64,000 bases of DNA from NCBI GenBank assembly GCA_964472075.1, contig CAYYIY010000014.1, forward strand, positions 16,196 through 80,195, read 5' to 3'. Of this stretch, positions 19,973 through 28,836 are shown piece after piece. A program made the position numbers and the translations under genes. Under the pieces are notes generated by a model. That model did not search any database and was not told the DNA's origin. It was given only the letters and a program-made list of their open reading frames with translations. The number at the start of each line of letters is the position of its first letter. Position 1 is the stretch's first letter. The stretch is from an uncultured bacterium. Lineage in GTDB: Bacteria > Muiribacteriota > Ozemobacteria > Ozemobacterales > Ozemobacteraceae.

Positions 19973-21795
19973 TCACTCCGATGAAAAAAGTCTTTATTGC
20001 CGGTCGCGAAGCTGATCGGCAAGAGGTTCTCACCGCCCTGCAGGAAGCCGGGGTCATGCATGTCGTTCCGGTTGACGCCTCGACCATGAAGCCGACCGTC
20101 GAAGTGAACCAGGACATCGAACGAACGGAGCGAGCGATTGCCGGTCTGGCCGAAGTGCAGACGGCGGGGTCGCCGCTCGAGTATCCGGGTACTCCCTCAC
20201 GCCTCGTTGATGAGTATTACGAGTTGTCTGAACGGGTACAATGGAACTCGGCAATGCAGGCCGAGACACAGAAGAAGATTCAGGATACCGCCGTTTGGGG
20301 CGCTCTGGACGTCGAGTCGCTCGAGGTGCTTCGACAGAACGGGTTGTCGGTTCGCTTCTTCGCATGGAACACAGATCAGGTGCGCGCCATTGAGGCCGAT
20401 GCCATGCAGATTGTGCGTGAAGTGAGCGGCGTGGCGTATGCCGTCGTTGCCTCGCGAAAACCGGTGCAGGTACCGGCGGGTGTCAGCGAAATTCCGGCTC
20501 CGGTGCGCGAAGGAAGGGACCTGGAACAGGATCTCGAAAAACTGAAGGCGGAGAGACGCGACCTGTTCGAGAATCTGCAGCGTATTCGTCTGCGGCTTCC
20601 CGAGATTAAAAACTATGTTGACGAACTGCGCGAACGCAAGCGGTTTCAGGAAGTGGAAATGGGTCTTCTGGCTGAGGGGCCGATCTTCGTTTGTACAGGT
20701 TGGGTTCCCGTAGATCTCTTTGACAATCTTCAGGAGAAGCTGGCGAAATCCGGACGGCGAGTGGCAATACAGAGCGCTGATCCGGGCGATGAAGATGCGC
20801 CGCCGACCAAGTTTCTCAACGCGGTCTGGTGCAAGCCGATCGAAGCTCTCTATGGCGCATTCGGCGTCTTTCCGGGCTATCGCGAGCCGGATATCAGTCT
20901 CTTCTTCCTGCCGTTCCTCTCGATCTTTACGGCCATGCTGATTGCCGATGCCGGGTATGCGCTGGTCGTCCTGGCGATTCTTGCCGCGGTGTATCGGCCC
21001 GCGGTTCGCTCGGGCGTGCCGAGCCAGTTTCTGCATCTGTTCGGGGTTCTCTTCGGGGCCACGTTTGTGTTTGGGGCACTGACGAACTCCTGGTTCGGTG
21101 CTTCCATCGGTTTCCTCAAGGGAATCACCCTGCTTGATCCGTCGAGTGCCGCCGGTCAGGGCATCTTGAAGAAGCTCTGCTTCGTCATCGGGGCGGTGCA
21201 TCTGACAATCGCGCATGCCTGGAAGACCCTGCGCAAGCCGAACCCCTACGAAGCCGCTTCGCTTTCGGAAGTCGGCTGGATCCTCTTCATCTGGGTCATG
21301 TTCGATCTGGTCGGCTACCTGGTGCTCGGCGAGGCTCTGCCGGAGCGCACCAAACTCATGACCATCATTTCCCTGGGTCTGGTGCTGTTTTTCACCGCTC
21401 CGTCCTGGAATCCGCTGGCGGCGGTCTGGAGCGGCTCCGGGGCCATCGCTCTGAGCGCGGCCGGCTTCCTGTCTGACATCATCAGTTACATTCGTCTGTG
21501 GGCGGTCGGGTACGCGGGAGCCATGCTGGCGTCGAGCTTCAATACCATGATCGGCGGCATCTGGGCCTATGGTTCGTATCAACCGGCACCGATGGTCATT
21601 GCCGCACTGTTGTTCATCGCGGCACACCTGTTGAATCTGGCTCTGGGTCTGGTGGCGATCTTCGCCCATGGCGTGCGCCTGAATCTGCTCGAGTTCTCGA
21701 ATCATCTCGGAATTGAATGGGTCGGCCGTCCGTACGATCCGTTCCGTCGTTTAACCGGCGGGGAAAGCCCCTCCGGCTCGGATAAAAACCTTTGA
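19969..21795 (+). CDS. atpI: V-type ATP synthase subunit I
   Basis: PPTKFLN, DAGYAL, DIISYIRLWAVG (essential Arg), HGVRLNLLEF. Confidence 0.95.
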   Translation: MITPMKKVFIAGREADRQEVLTALQEAGVMHVVPVDASTMKPTVEVNQDIERTERAIAGLAEVQTAGSPLEYPGTPSRLVDEYYELSERVQWNSAMQAETQKKIQDTAVWGALDVESLEVLRQNGLSVRFFAWNTDQVRAIEADAMQIVREVSGVAYAVVASRKPVQVPAGVSEIPAPVREGRDLEQDLEKLKAERRDLFENLQRIRLRLPEIKNYVDELRERKRFQEVEMGLLAEGPIFVCTGWVPVDLFDNLQEKLAKSGRRVAIQSADPGDEDAPPTKFLNAVWCKPIEALYGAFGVFPGYREPDISLFFLPFLSIFTAMLIADAGYALVVLAILAAVYRPAVRSGVPSQFLHLFGVLFGATFVFGALTNSWFGASIGFLKGITLLDPSSAAGQGILKKLCFVIGAVHLTIAHAWKTLRKPNPYEAASLSEVGWILFIWVMFDLVGYLVLGEALPERTKLMTIISLGLVLFFTAPSWNPLAAVWSGSGAIALSAAGFLSDIISYIRLWAVGYAGAMLASSFNTMIGGIWAYGSYQPAPMVIAALLFIAAHLLNLALGLVAIFAHGVRLNLLEFSNHLGIEWVGRPYDPFRRLTGGESPSGSDKNL

Positions 21796-21810
21796 AGAAG
21801 GAGTTCGTAT

Positions 21811-22275
21811 ATGTTTCTTGAGATCATTGGCAGGTTGTCTGGTGGGTTGGTTCTGGGTCTGGGCGGTATCGGCAGTTGTCTCGGCATTCTGGCAGCCGCT
21901 CAGGCAGCCGCGGGCGCCTGGGCTGCGGAAGGTAAGGCCGGCAAGAACCCGTCGTTTCAGTATGTCATCATGATCGCCGCGCCGATCTCTCAGACGCTCT
22001 ACGCCATGATCGTCATGATGAACGGAATGATGGCGATCAAGAACGTGACGCCCCATTCCGGCATGGTCATGCTCGGTGTCGCCATCGGCGTCGGTCTGAT
22101 CGAGCTTGCTTCCGCCTGGGGTCAGGGCCTGGTCGGTGCCGCCGGTGTCCGCTGTCTGAACGAAAACGGCGGCAAGGGCTTCGGCTTCATCATCGTCGCC
22201 CTCGGCATCATCGAAACCGTCGGTATCTTCGGCATGGTTTTCGGTCTGATGCTGCTTGGTTCCGTCGCCGGGTAA
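21811..22275 (+). CDS. atpK: V-type ATP synthase subunit K (four-helix proteolipid)
   Basis: Four hydrophobic Gly-rich helices; PISQTLY, WGQG and IIETVG ion-binding motifs. Confidence 0.95.
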   Translation: MFLEIIGRLSGGLVLGLGGIGSCLGILAAAQAAAGAWAAEGKAGKNPSFQYVIMIAAPISQTLYAMIVMMNGMMAIKNVTPHSGMVMLGVAIGVGLIELASAWGQGLVGAAGVRCLNENGGKGFGFIIVALGIIETVGIFGMVFGLMLLGSVAG

Positions 22276-22296
22276 ATCGAACCCCGAACGTTGTTT

Positions 22297-22342
22297 GTGA
22301 GACGCTCCGGTCGCGAGAAGCGACCGGAGCGTCTCACGATTT
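22297..22342 (+). terminator. Intrinsic terminator of the V-ATPase operon
   Basis: Perfect 18-bp stem GTGAGACGCTCCGGTCGC/GCGACCGGAGCGTCTCAC with a 5-nt loop, then GATTTT. Confidence 0.8.
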
Positions 22343-22512
22343 TAGGCAGTTTGTACGTTCGACAGAGCCGCAGGCAGCTGTCGCAAGTTGGCGTGAATTC
22401 CTCTCTCGTCTTTTCCGTCGTGGGGTGATCATTCCGGCCGGCTTCTGCGGGCGAAAGAACAAACCTCGCAAAATCGCATCAGATGTCGATTCAGCCCAGT
22501 AAAAATTTCCAC

Positions 22513-22547
22513 TTGACTTTATAACGCAATTTAGGTATTCTAATACC
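22513..22547 (+). promoter_or_regulatory. Sigma70 promoter of the rrf2-hcp operon with an overlapping inverted repeat (candidate Rrf2 operator)
   Basis: TTGACT-17 nt-TATTCT; GGTATT-CT-AATACC (22534-22547) overlaps the -10 element. Confidence 0.65.
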
Positions 22548-22569
22548 AGAATAACGAAGGGCGTGAAAC

Positions 22570-23007
22570 ATGACGCAGGTCATCAAGTTCTCCGAAGCGG
22601 TTACGATCGGGTTGCATGCCATGGTGTATCTGGCTGCGCATCCGGGGCGGCAGGTGCCGCTGGGCGAGGTGGCGGCAGCATTCAAGGTGTCTGAAGCACA
22701 TCTCGCCAAGGTCATGCAGCGACTCGGCAAAGCGGGTCTGGTGAAGGGTAGTCGCGGGCCGACCGGCGGGTATGTTCTGTCGCGCACCGCCGATGCCATT
22801 CCTCTGCTCGAGATCTATGAAGCCATCGAAGGCGCGTTTGTTCCGAGATTCTGCCTGTTCGCGGAGCCGATGTGCGGCCATGTATGCTGCGGGGTCGGCG
22901 AAGTGATGGGCAAGCTGAACGTGCAGATGAAAGAGTACCTGTCAGCGACCGTTCTCAGTGCCTTGGTGAAAGCACAAGCCACCGTAAAGAAGGGGAAAAA
23001 ATCATGA
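22570..23007 (+). CDS. Rrf2 family transcriptional regulator
   Basis: GLHAMVYLA, HLAKVMQRL, GSRGPTGGYVL wHTH; three C-terminal Cys (CLFAEPMCGHVCC). Confidence 0.92.
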   Translation: MTQVIKFSEAVTIGLHAMVYLAAHPGRQVPLGEVAAAFKVSEAHLAKVMQRLGKAGLVKGSRGPTGGYVLSRTADAIPLLEIYEAIEGAFVPRFCLFAEPMCGHVCCGVGEVMGKLNVQMKEYLSATVLSALVKAQATVKKGKKS

Positions 23008-23777
23008 GACGCAAGATCATTCGCATTGATGAAGACAAGTGCAATGGGTGTGGTGCCTGCGTGCCCGGGTGTCACGAAGGGGCTCTGCAGATCATCGACG
23101 GCAAGGCTCGTCTGGTGAAAGACATCTATTGCGACGGTCTGGGCGCGTGTCTCGGTCACTGTCCGACCGGCGCTCTGGTCGTGGAGGAACGCGAAGCCGA
23201 TGCGTTCGATGAACAGGCGGTCAAGCAACACCTTGCCGCCCAGGCGCAGAAGCCTGCGACGCAGCCGGCCGCGCCGGCTCACGGTCATCATCACGGCGGC
23301 GGTTGCCCCGGCAGCATGATGCGTGACATGCGCGGCACGGCACACCCCAGGCCCGCGATTCCGACGGCACCGGATGCCGGCGAAGCCTGGGCGCCCACCG
23401 CCCTGCGGCAGTGGCCGGTGCAGCTGATGCTGGTGCCGCCGCATGCCCCATATCTGGCCGGCGCCGAAATCGTCGTCTGCGCCGATTGCGTCGCCTTCGC
23501 CGTCGGTGACTTCCATCAGCGCTATCTGAAGGGCCGGGCGGTCGTGGTGGGTTGCCCGAAGCTCGATGATCTGCAATACTATTACGAGAAGTTAGAGGAG
23601 CTTTTTGAGACGGCCAAACCCAGCAAAGTCGTCGTGCTGCGCATGGAAGTTCCGTGCTGCGGCGGTATTGCTGCGGCGGTGAAAGATGCTCATGCGAAGA
23701 AGATTCCGACGACCCCCCTGGAAGTCCATGTCGTCGGCATCGAGGGCGAGATCAAACGACAGGTGATCGTCGGCTGA
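23004..23777 (+). CDS. 4Fe-4S dicluster protein (iron-sulfur cluster-binding oxidoreductase-like)
   Basis: MRRKIIRIDEDKCNGCGACVPGCHEG, CDGLGACLGHCP, QWPVQL, GCPKLDD, MEVPCCGG. Start set at ATG 23004, overlapping the rrf2 stop. Confidence 0.88.
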   Translation: MRRKIIRIDEDKCNGCGACVPGCHEGALQIIDGKARLVKDIYCDGLGACLGHCPTGALVVEEREADAFDEQAVKQHLAAQAQKPATQPAAPAHGHHHGGGCPGSMMRDMRGTAHPRPAIPTAPDAGEAWAPTALRQWPVQLMLVPPHAPYLAGAEIVVCADCVAFAVGDFHQRYLKGRAVVVGCPKLDDLQYYYEKLEELFETAKPSKVVVLRMEVPCCGGIAAAVKDAHAKKIPTTPLEVHVVGIEGEIKRQVIVG

Positions 23778-23865
23778 GAATGTCCGAGTTGTGTTCGTTG
23801 AAAAAGTGGATAAAACGGCGATGACGCCGGATTCAATTTAAGTTCAAACCATCAGGAGGAACGAC

Positions 23866-25527
23866 ATGTTTTGTTATCAGTGTGAACAGACCGCGCAGTG
23901 CAAGGGATGCACTTCTTTCGGCGTGTGCGGCAAAGACCCGCAGACCGCGGCATTGCAGGATCTGCTGATCCAGGCGACCAAGGGCGTGGCGATGTATGCG
24001 CATCGGGCACGCGAACTGGGAGTAAAAGACGCGAAGCTCGATCACGCGGTTACCGAAGCATTGTTCACCACGGTGACGAATGTGAATTTCGACCCCAAAC
24101 GTCTCGAGACGCGCATTCGCGAGATGGCCGCGCACATCGAAACGGCGCGCAAACTGTATGAAGGCGCCGCGGCGAAAGCCGGCAAGACACCTGAAAAGCT
24201 CGACGGCCCGGCGACCTTCAAGCCGGCTTCAAGCCTCGAGGCGATGGTCAAGCAGGGTGAGGAAGTCGCGATTCCCACCCGCCGCGAAAAGATCGGTGAA
24301 GATCTGAGCGGTTTGCAGGAGCTGCTGACCTACGGTTTGAAAGGCACGGCTGCCTATGCCGATCACGCGATGATTCTGGGCAAGGAAGATGACGCGATCT
24401 ATGCGTTCTTCCATAAAGCGCTCGACTATCTGGCCAAACCTTCTCCTGATCTTAACGTTCTGGTCGGCCTGTGCATGGAGTGCGGCCAGGTCAATCTGAA
24501 GACGATGGAACTGCTGGACGCGGCCAACACTGGTCACTACGGTCACCCGGTGCCGACCAAGGTGCGCGTTGAGCCGGTGAAGGGCAAGGCGATTCTGGTT
24601 TCCGGTCACGATCTGCTCGACCTCGAACATCTGCTGAAGCAGACCGAGGGCAAGGGCATCAACATCTATACCCACGGCGAAATGCTTCCGGCGCACGGAT
24701 ACCCTGAACTGAAAAAGTACAAACACCTGGTCGGCAACTATGGCGGTGCCTGGCAGGATCAGGCCAAGGAATTCGACGCGTTCCCCGGCGCGATTCTGAT
24801 GACCACCAACTGCATTCAGAAGCCGCGCGATACCTACAAGGCCCGCATCTTTACCTCCGGTCTGGTTGCCTGGCCCGGCGTGACGCACATCAGCGATCGG
24901 AACTTCGCACCGGTCATCAAGGCGGCGCTTGAGGCCCCCGGCTTCACGGCGGACGGTGCGAGCAAGGAGATCATGGTCGGCTTCGGTCGCAATGCGGTCA
25001 TGAGCGTGGCCGGAAAGGTCATCGAAGCGGTCAAGGCCGGACAGATCAAGCATTTCTTCCTGGTCGGCGGCTGTGACGGTGCCAAGTCGGGACGCAACTA
25101 CTACACCGAGTTTGTTGAGAAGGCCCCGAAAGATACCGTGATTCTGACCCTGGCCTGCGGAAAGTATCGGTTCAACAAGATGGATCTCGGCGATATCGGC
25201 GGGATTCCGCGGTTGCTGGATATCGGCCAGTGTAACGATGCCTACTCGGCGGTGCAGATTGCGGTGGCGCTGGCGAAGGCCTTTAACACTGACGTGAACG
25301 GCCTGCCGTTATCGATGGTTCTTTCCTGGTATGAGCAGAAAGCGGTCTGTATTCTGCTGACCCTGCTCTCGCTGGGCGTGAAGAACATCCGCCTGGGGCC
25401 ATCTCTGCCGGCCTTCGTGACTCCGAATGTTCTGAAGTTCCTGGTCGAGAAGTTCAATATCATGCCGATCGGCAACAGCGCCGCCGACGATCTGAAGGCC
25501 ATTCTGGGCAGCAACTTCAAGGGCTGA
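23866..25527 (+). CDS. hcp: Hydroxylamine reductase / hybrid cluster protein
   Basis: MFCYQCEQTA...GCT..GVCGK, HTHGEMLPAHGYP-type motif, GGCDG, GQCNDAYS, SWYEQKA. Confidence 0.97.
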   Translation: MFCYQCEQTAQCKGCTSFGVCGKDPQTAALQDLLIQATKGVAMYAHRARELGVKDAKLDHAVTEALFTTVTNVNFDPKRLETRIREMAAHIETARKLYEGAAAKAGKTPEKLDGPATFKPASSLEAMVKQGEEVAIPTRREKIGEDLSGLQELLTYGLKGTAAYADHAMILGKEDDAIYAFFHKALDYLAKPSPDLNVLVGLCMECGQVNLKTMELLDAANTGHYGHPVPTKVRVEPVKGKAILVSGHDLLDLEHLLKQTEGKGINIYTHGEMLPAHGYPELKKYKHLVGNYGGAWQDQAKEFDAFPGAILMTTNCIQKPRDTYKARIFTSGLVAWPGVTHISDRNFAPVIKAALEAPGFTADGASKEIMVGFGRNAVMSVAGKVIEAVKAGQIKHFFLVGGCDGAKSGRNYYTEFVEKAPKDTVILTLACGKYRFNKMDLGDIGGIPRLLDIGQCNDAYSAVQIAVALAKAFNTDVNGLPLSMVLSWYEQKAVCILLTLLSLGVKNIRLGPSLPAFVTPNVLKFLVEKFNIMPIGNSAADDLKAILGSNFKG

Positions 25528-25579
25528 ACCGAAGGGCCGGCGGCAGGGCAGGTGTGTCCTGACCGTATCGTGAATCGTT

Positions 25580-25617
25580 GATCCCCCGGTCGTGCAAACG
25601 ATCGGGGGATCGTTTTC
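25580..25617 (+). terminator. Intrinsic terminator after hcp
   Basis: GATCCCCCGGTCGT-GCAA-ACGATCGGGGGATC followed by GTTTT. Confidence 0.7.
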
Positions 25618-25670
25618 GCGAACGGGAAAGCTCGTTGCAGAGCCTCTGAGAACGTGGTATAGTTGCACCA

Positions 25671-26642
25671 ATGACGAACGAAACCCATACGATTTCTCCA
25701 CGTGTGTTATGCATGGGAGTGGTCGTTCTCGACATTCTCACGTCCCCGGTAGAGAAGCTTCCCGAACCCGAGAAGACGCTGAGCATCGGGCACGTCGACT
25801 TCGCTCTCGGCGGCTGTGCGGCCAATACCGCGCATGCGCTGAGCCGCCTGGGCTTTTCGGTTTCCCTGCTCGGACGCATCGGCGACGACGTGTTCGGTCG
25901 ACTGATTCGATCGGCCTTGCAGAAAGAATGCATCGACCTCAGCTATCTCGAAGATGACAATCAAACGCCGACCTCGACCTCGATCGTTCTGATCGATCAT
26001 ACGGGTGAGCGTCGTTTTCTCCACCGTGCCGGAGCTTCCGGCAAGCTGTCGCTTCCGGCTGATCTGCCGTTGTCGCAGTTTGACTTTCTGCACCTTGGCG
26101 GCTGCTTTTTCGTGCCGAACTGCATGGGTGTTCCGCTGGTGCAGTTGTTCAAAAAAGCGAGAGAGAAGGGGCTTGTCACCTCGATTGATACACTGTGGCA
26201 TACCGGAGGAAACTGGACGGACATCTTGTCGGCGCTTCCGTTTACCGACTATTTCATGCCCAGTCTGCTCGAGGCTCAGATGATCACTGGGAAGCAGCTT
26301 CCTGAGGAGATCGCCCGCTTTTTGCATGAGCATGGTTCAGAGAAAGTGGTCATCAAAATGGGCGAGCGGGGGGCCTTTGTCTCGACGAAACAGGAACAAA
26401 GCGTCATTCCGGCTTTTCGGGTTCCGGAAGGGAAGCTGAAAGACACGATCGGTGCCGGTGATGCTTTTGTCGCCGGTTTTCTGAAGGGTGTTGCTCTCGG
26501 TTGGACTCTTGACCGGGCGGCTCGACTCGGTAACGCCTGCGGTGCCCTGGCGACGACGCACTTCGGCGGCCCCCTGATGCAGGATCGCCGACAACTCGAA
26601 GACTACATCCGCAAAGTCCAGGAAGACCAGAGTATCTTCTAA
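25671..26642 (+). CDS. PfkB family carbohydrate kinase
   Basis: GGCAANTAHALSRLG N-terminal signature and DTIGAGDAFVAGF C-terminal signature. Confidence 0.92.
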   Translation: MTNETHTISPRVLCMGVVVLDILTSPVEKLPEPEKTLSIGHVDFALGGCAANTAHALSRLGFSVSLLGRIGDDVFGRLIRSALQKECIDLSYLEDDNQTPTSTSIVLIDHTGERRFLHRAGASGKLSLPADLPLSQFDFLHLGGCFFVPNCMGVPLVQLFKKAREKGLVTSIDTLWHTGGNWTDILSALPFTDYFMPSLLEAQMITGKQLPEEIARFLHEHGSEKVVIKMGERGAFVSTKQEQSVIPAFRVPEGKLKDTIGAGDAFVAGFLKGVALGWTLDRAARLGNACGALATTHFGGPLMQDRRQLEDYIRKVQEDQSIF

Positions 26643-26786
26643 CCTCGATCGAGCAAGAAACGCTCAGGCCTTTGTGCCCGGCAATTCTCGCTGAGGCGCC
26701 TGTACAGGTCCGTTCTTCTCACCGAGAATTGCTGCTTTGTGCCGGGCATGGTTGCTGCAGCAGAGAAATCGGTTTACGATGGGGGC

Positions 26787-27464
26787 ATGTGCGGACGATT
26801 CGCGCTCGGATTACCGGCGAAGCTGCTGGCGGCCCTCTTCGGCCTCGAAGAACCGGAAGACTGGGAGCCGCGTTTCAATATCGCGCCTTCTCAGCCGGTG
26901 CTCGCTGTTCGGGCGGCAGGCGAACGAAACCTCGCCTGGATTCGACCGATCTGGGGGCTTGTTCCGGTGTGGGCAAGTGGGCGCTCGGATTTCAAGCCGT
27001 TGATCAATGCACGTGCCGAGACGATAACTGAGAAAGCCTCTTTTCGCGAGGCCTTTCGCCAACGCAGGTGTCTGATTCCCGCGGATGGTTTTTTCGAGTG
27101 GCAGAAAGCGGGGCGGGGCAAGGTTCCCTTTTGTTTTCATCGACGCGAACGACGACCTTTCGCCTTTGCCGGAGTGTGGGAACCTGGCCGGGGTGACAGT
27201 CATTCAACTTGTACAATTGTGACGACACGGGCGAACGTAATCGTTGCGTCGATACATGACCGCATGCCGGTCATGTTGACCGAAAGCAGTTTCAATGACT
27301 GGTTGCAGGGAACCTCGGACACGGCTCTTGCATTGTGCGGGCCTTTTCCTGATGAGGACATGGTTTGCGAGCGTGTCTCCGCCCGCGTGAATTCTCCCGC
27401 GCATGACGATGAAACATGTATTCGTCCGGAAAAAAATCTGCTAGACTTTCCGGACTCGAGATAA
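26787..27464 (+). CDS. SOS response-associated peptidase (SRAP/YedK/HMCES family, abasic-site protection)
   Basis: MCGRF N-terminus (catalytic Cys2 fixes the start at 26787), RFNIAPSQ, INARAET, RCLIPADGFFEW, IHDRMPV. Confidence 0.93.
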   Translation: MCGRFALGLPAKLLAALFGLEEPEDWEPRFNIAPSQPVLAVRAAGERNLAWIRPIWGLVPVWASGRSDFKPLINARAETITEKASFREAFRQRRCLIPADGFFEWQKAGRGKVPFCFHRRERRPFAFAGVWEPGRGDSHSTCTIVTTRANVIVASIHDRMPVMLTESSFNDWLQGTSDTALALCGPFPDEDMVCERVSARVNSPAHDDETCIRPEKNLLDFPDSR

Positions 27465-27478
27465 CAGGAGGTCAGGGA

Positions 27479-28529
27479 ATGAAGGGATATTCGAGAGGCT
27501 TGGGAGTCGTCGTTCTGCTGCTCATGTTTGTCGGCAGCTCGATCGTTTCGGCGGTACCGAAGTTCTCAGGTGATTTTTCGCACCGCTTCTGGGTGAAAAC
27601 CGAGACGGAAAACAGCGCCGGAAGAGTGTCGACGCGTCGCGTGTCGGCAGAGCGGTTTCGCTTTATGTTCGAAGACAAACTCAAGAATGCTGAGTGGCGT
27701 TTCCGCATCGGGATGATCGATCCGACGCGGTCGACGGGATCGATTATTTCCTTGGGGCGCGAAGGCGACACGGTTCTCGGGCCGCATCACTTTCAGGTGA
27801 TTGATTGTTACTGGCAATGGAACCTGCAGGACGGTTGGAAGGTTCGGCTCGGGCGCACGGGAGTTCCCTACTTTCGGTATAAATCGGAACTCATATTCGA
27901 TAACGACATCTTCTGGGACGGCCTCTACGTCGAGAAGACGTTGCCCTGGGCGACCAAGGCCAAAACCACGGCTCACGCGGGAGAAACGCAAGATTCACGG
28001 CGAGGGCGACAAGCTCTTCGTCTTCGGCGCCATGGGACAGCCGAAATGGGGAAAAGTACAAGCCGAATGGCGTGTCGATCGTTTTCAGTTCGACATTGAC
28101 AGCGCCGGGTGGGTGAACACGTTCGCTCCGGGGTATCGTATCATGAACGTGTACGGCGCTCTGGAATGGCCGTCGCAGGTGCGTGTCACGGCCGACTGGT
28201 CGCGCAACCTCGCGGCGAACGCGCCGGTTTCGATGCATCAGGGCGGCGATGCCTGCAACCTGACGGTAATGCTTGGAAAATTGCCGCGCGATTTCACCAG
28301 CCAGCTGATCTATCAGTATTTTAGAGTCGGGCCGCATGCGGTGCCCGGGTCGATGGTCTGGTATGACAAGCGTGTCAACATTGAAGGCTCGGCGATCGTG
28401 TACAAGTTTCGTGTGAGCAAACGCACGGAAGTCGAACTCGATTTCTACAACTTCAGACGTCTGGAAAGCTCATTCAATACGGACCGCAAGTATCTGAGGT
28501 GGGAAACGCAGCTGAATCACAAGTTCTAA
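27479..28529 (+). pseudogene. Putative outer-membrane porin (Porin_5-like), split by a frameshift near 27975-27990
   Basis: Signal peptide, RFRFMF...RLGR...LIFDNDIFWDG in the first frame; the second frame continues in amphipathic beta-strands and ends WETQLNHKF (C-terminal Phe, BAM signal). Real lesion versus sequencing error is unresolved. Confidence 0.65.
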
Positions 28530-28552
28530 GAAAACGTTCTGCCCGAAAACCA

Positions 28553-28597
28553 CAGACGGGCGGCATCGGAAGAATCCTTTCGAGTGCCGCCCGTTTG
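28553..28597 (+). terminator. Hairpin, probable terminator after the porin gene
   Basis: ACGGGCGGCA...TGCCGCCCGT stem followed by TT. Confidence 0.5.
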
Positions 28598-28836
28598 GCT
28601 TACCGGCAGATGCGATGATGCTTACAGATGATTGTTGTCGAATCTCGTGATGAGAAGACGAGTGACGAACGGGAGAGTGAACCCCGCATGGGGCGAGTTT
28701 GCGAATCAGTGAACCTGCTTGCTGTTGAATGCTTTTGCACGAAATCGCGTGTATGCAACGGGCGAGGTGTGCTATCTTGATCTGTCCGGTCGATTTTATG
28801 GGATCCCGGTGAAGAACCGCGGCAGGAGTGCGTTGT

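Noticed and set aside
26739-26786. Upstream start for the SRAP gene given in the ORF track
   Set aside because: The family needs Cys at position 2, so the start is ATG 26787.
28530-28836. Riboswitch or ncRNA in the 300-bp intergenic region
   Set aside because: Only a terminator-like hairpin is evident; I could not match glycine, c-di-GMP, c-di-AMP, SAM, TPP or cobalamin consensus by eye. An Rfam scan would settle it.
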